Source: Candidatus Thorarchaeota archaeon (GTDB lineage Archaea > Asgardarchaeota > Thorarchaeia > Thorarchaeales > Thorarchaeaceae). From it: a stretch of DNA of 16,541 nt. Where the stretch lies: positions 1-16,541 of the forward strand of contig JBHLRS010000030.1 in assembly GCA_048882325.1 (NCBI GenBank), in the 5' to 3' direction. Positions 15,574 through 16,541 of the stretch are shown here, piece by piece. Numbering within the stretch: the stretch's first letter is position 1; every line of letters starts with the position of its first letter. The notes beneath the pieces are model-generated. The model saw only the letters and a program-made list of their open reading frames with translations. It had not been told where the DNA came from and searched no databases. Made by a program: the position numbers and the translations under genes.

Positions 15574-16365
15574 TTGGCAAGCGTAAGGAAATACAATTTG
15601 AAGGGCAAGCCTACCAAGGACTCTGTTTCGCTGCCCTCACAGTTTGAAACTCCCTATCGTCCAGATGTGATTAAGAGAGCAGTATTGGCAGTTCAATCAC
15701 GACGATATCAACCCCATGGTGTTGATGAGCTGGCTGGCAAACGGAACACCGCTCAAAGCTGGCAGACCGGACATGGCAGGTCAAGAATGCCGCGTGTGAA
15801 GGGAAGCGGCACTGGGGCAGCTAACAAAGCTGCTTTTGCTCCGGGCACAGTTGGCGGTCGCGTCGCACATCCTCCAGAGGCAAGAAAGGTCCTCGTTGAG
15901 CGCATAAACACTAAGGAGAACCGTTTGGCGATTCGTTCAGCCATTGCAGCCTCTGCAAACCCTGATTTTGTCAAGGCCAGAGGGCACAAGATAGACAATG
16001 TTCCTCAGATACCTTTGGTCGTAAGTGACAAGTTGGAATCACTCTCCACTACAAAGGATGCATTTGAAGCATTGATCTTCCTAGGTCTGGGTGATGACCT
16101 AGATAGAGCCAGAGATGGTCGTAGTATTAGAGCTGGGAAGGGCAAGATGCGCGGTCGTAAGATGAAGGCTCCCAAGTCACTACTCATTGTTGTAGGTGAA
16201 GATTCGGGTATCTCAAAAGCTGCACGAAATCTTCCTGGGGTTGACATCACTGAGGTCCATGGGCTAAATGCTGAACTCCTTGCTCCCGGAACACATCCGG
16301 GACGCCTTGTGGTCTGGACAAAGTCCGCCATTGACAGGCTCGAAAAGGAGAAACTGTTTGTTTGA
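15574..16365 (+). CDS. rpl4: 50S ribosomal protein L4 (uL4)
   Basis: RPDVIKRAV, SWQTGHGRSRMPR, APGTVGGRVAHPP, RAGKGKMRGR, LAPGTHPGRL. The start is placed at TTG 15574, 9 nt after GGAGG. Confidence 0.98.
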   Translation: MASVRKYNLKGKPTKDSVSLPSQFETPYRPDVIKRAVLAVQSRRYQPHGVDELAGKRNTAQSWQTGHGRSRMPRVKGSGTGAANKAAFAPGTVGGRVAHPPEARKVLVERINTKENRLAIRSAIAASANPDFVKARGHKIDNVPQIPLVVSDKLESLSTTKDAFEALIFLGLGDDLDRARDGRSIRAGKGKMRGRKMKAPKSLLIVVGEDSGISKAARNLPGVDITEVHGLNAELLAPGTHPGRLVVWTKSAIDRLEKEKLFV

Positions 16366-16374
16366 GGTGAGCGA

Positions 16375-16541
16375 ATGAGAGATCCAAATGAAATCATTAT
16401 TCGCCCTGTCGTGACAGAAGCCAGTCTTGAGGCAGTGGATGAAGAGAACAAGCTCATCTTCTATGTAGTTCGAACTGCAAACAAGAACACGATCAAGTGG
16501 GCTGTTGAAACTCTCTATGAGGTTGTAGTCGAGAAAGTCAA
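16375..16541 (+). CDS. rpl23: 50S ribosomal protein L23 (uL23); 3' truncated by the window edge
   Basis: The ATG follows GAGGTGA. It translates as MRDPNEIIIRPVVTEASLEAVDEENKLIFYVVRTANKNTIKWAVETLYEVVVEKV, in the canonical position after rpl4. Confidence 0.95.
   Translation, partial: MRDPNEIIIRPVVTEASLEAVDEENKLIFYVVRTANKNTIKWAVETLYEVVVEKV

Noticed and set aside
11841-16365. Selenocysteine readthrough at the TGA stops of SPOUT, the GRE or rpl4
   Set aside because: Each TGA falls at the expected C-terminus of its family, and I found no convincing SECIS.
1-16541. CRISPR array, transposase or integrase
   Set aside because: I saw no regularly spaced repeats and no ORF with recombinase or transposase motifs.

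Overview
Archaeal chromosomal window. Archaeal-type Elp3, uL3/uL4/uL23, archease, intron-containing tRNAs and GGAGG/GGTGA SD sites support this. An Asgard (Thorarchaeota-like) origin is my inference from overall gene style and is not verified. A core RNA/translation backbone runs through it: COG1395-like regulator 3' end, rnhB, tRNA-Trp(CCA) with a 61-nt intron, elp3, tRNA-Ser(UGA) with a 32-nt intron, archease, COG2106 SPOUT methyltransferase, rpl3-rpl4-rpl23. Accessory genes interrupt it: alpha/beta hydrolase, M1-like peptidase, thiolase, DUF998-like membrane protein, nitroreductase, a frameshifted SBBP-repeat remnant, a 673-aa putative zinc metalloprotein and a HypD-like glycyl radical enzyme. 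Main findings: (1) the HypD-like enzyme keeps nearly all hydroxyproline-pocket residues but has Cys-Val-Thr in place of the Cys-x-Glu eliminase motif, has no adjacent activase, and splits the SPOUT-rpl3 pair; (2) a degenerate copy of the tRNA-Ser 3' end at 8112-8133 delimits a ~2.2-kb integrase-less islet; (3) the ~90-nt rpl3 leader can fold into a multi-stem structure abutting the SD; (4) both tRNA introns have relaxed (BHL-like) splice motifs, and the Ser intron begins with a copy of its own 3' exon; (5) archease and SPOUT are in frame across a single TAG, with SPOUT probably starting at CTG.
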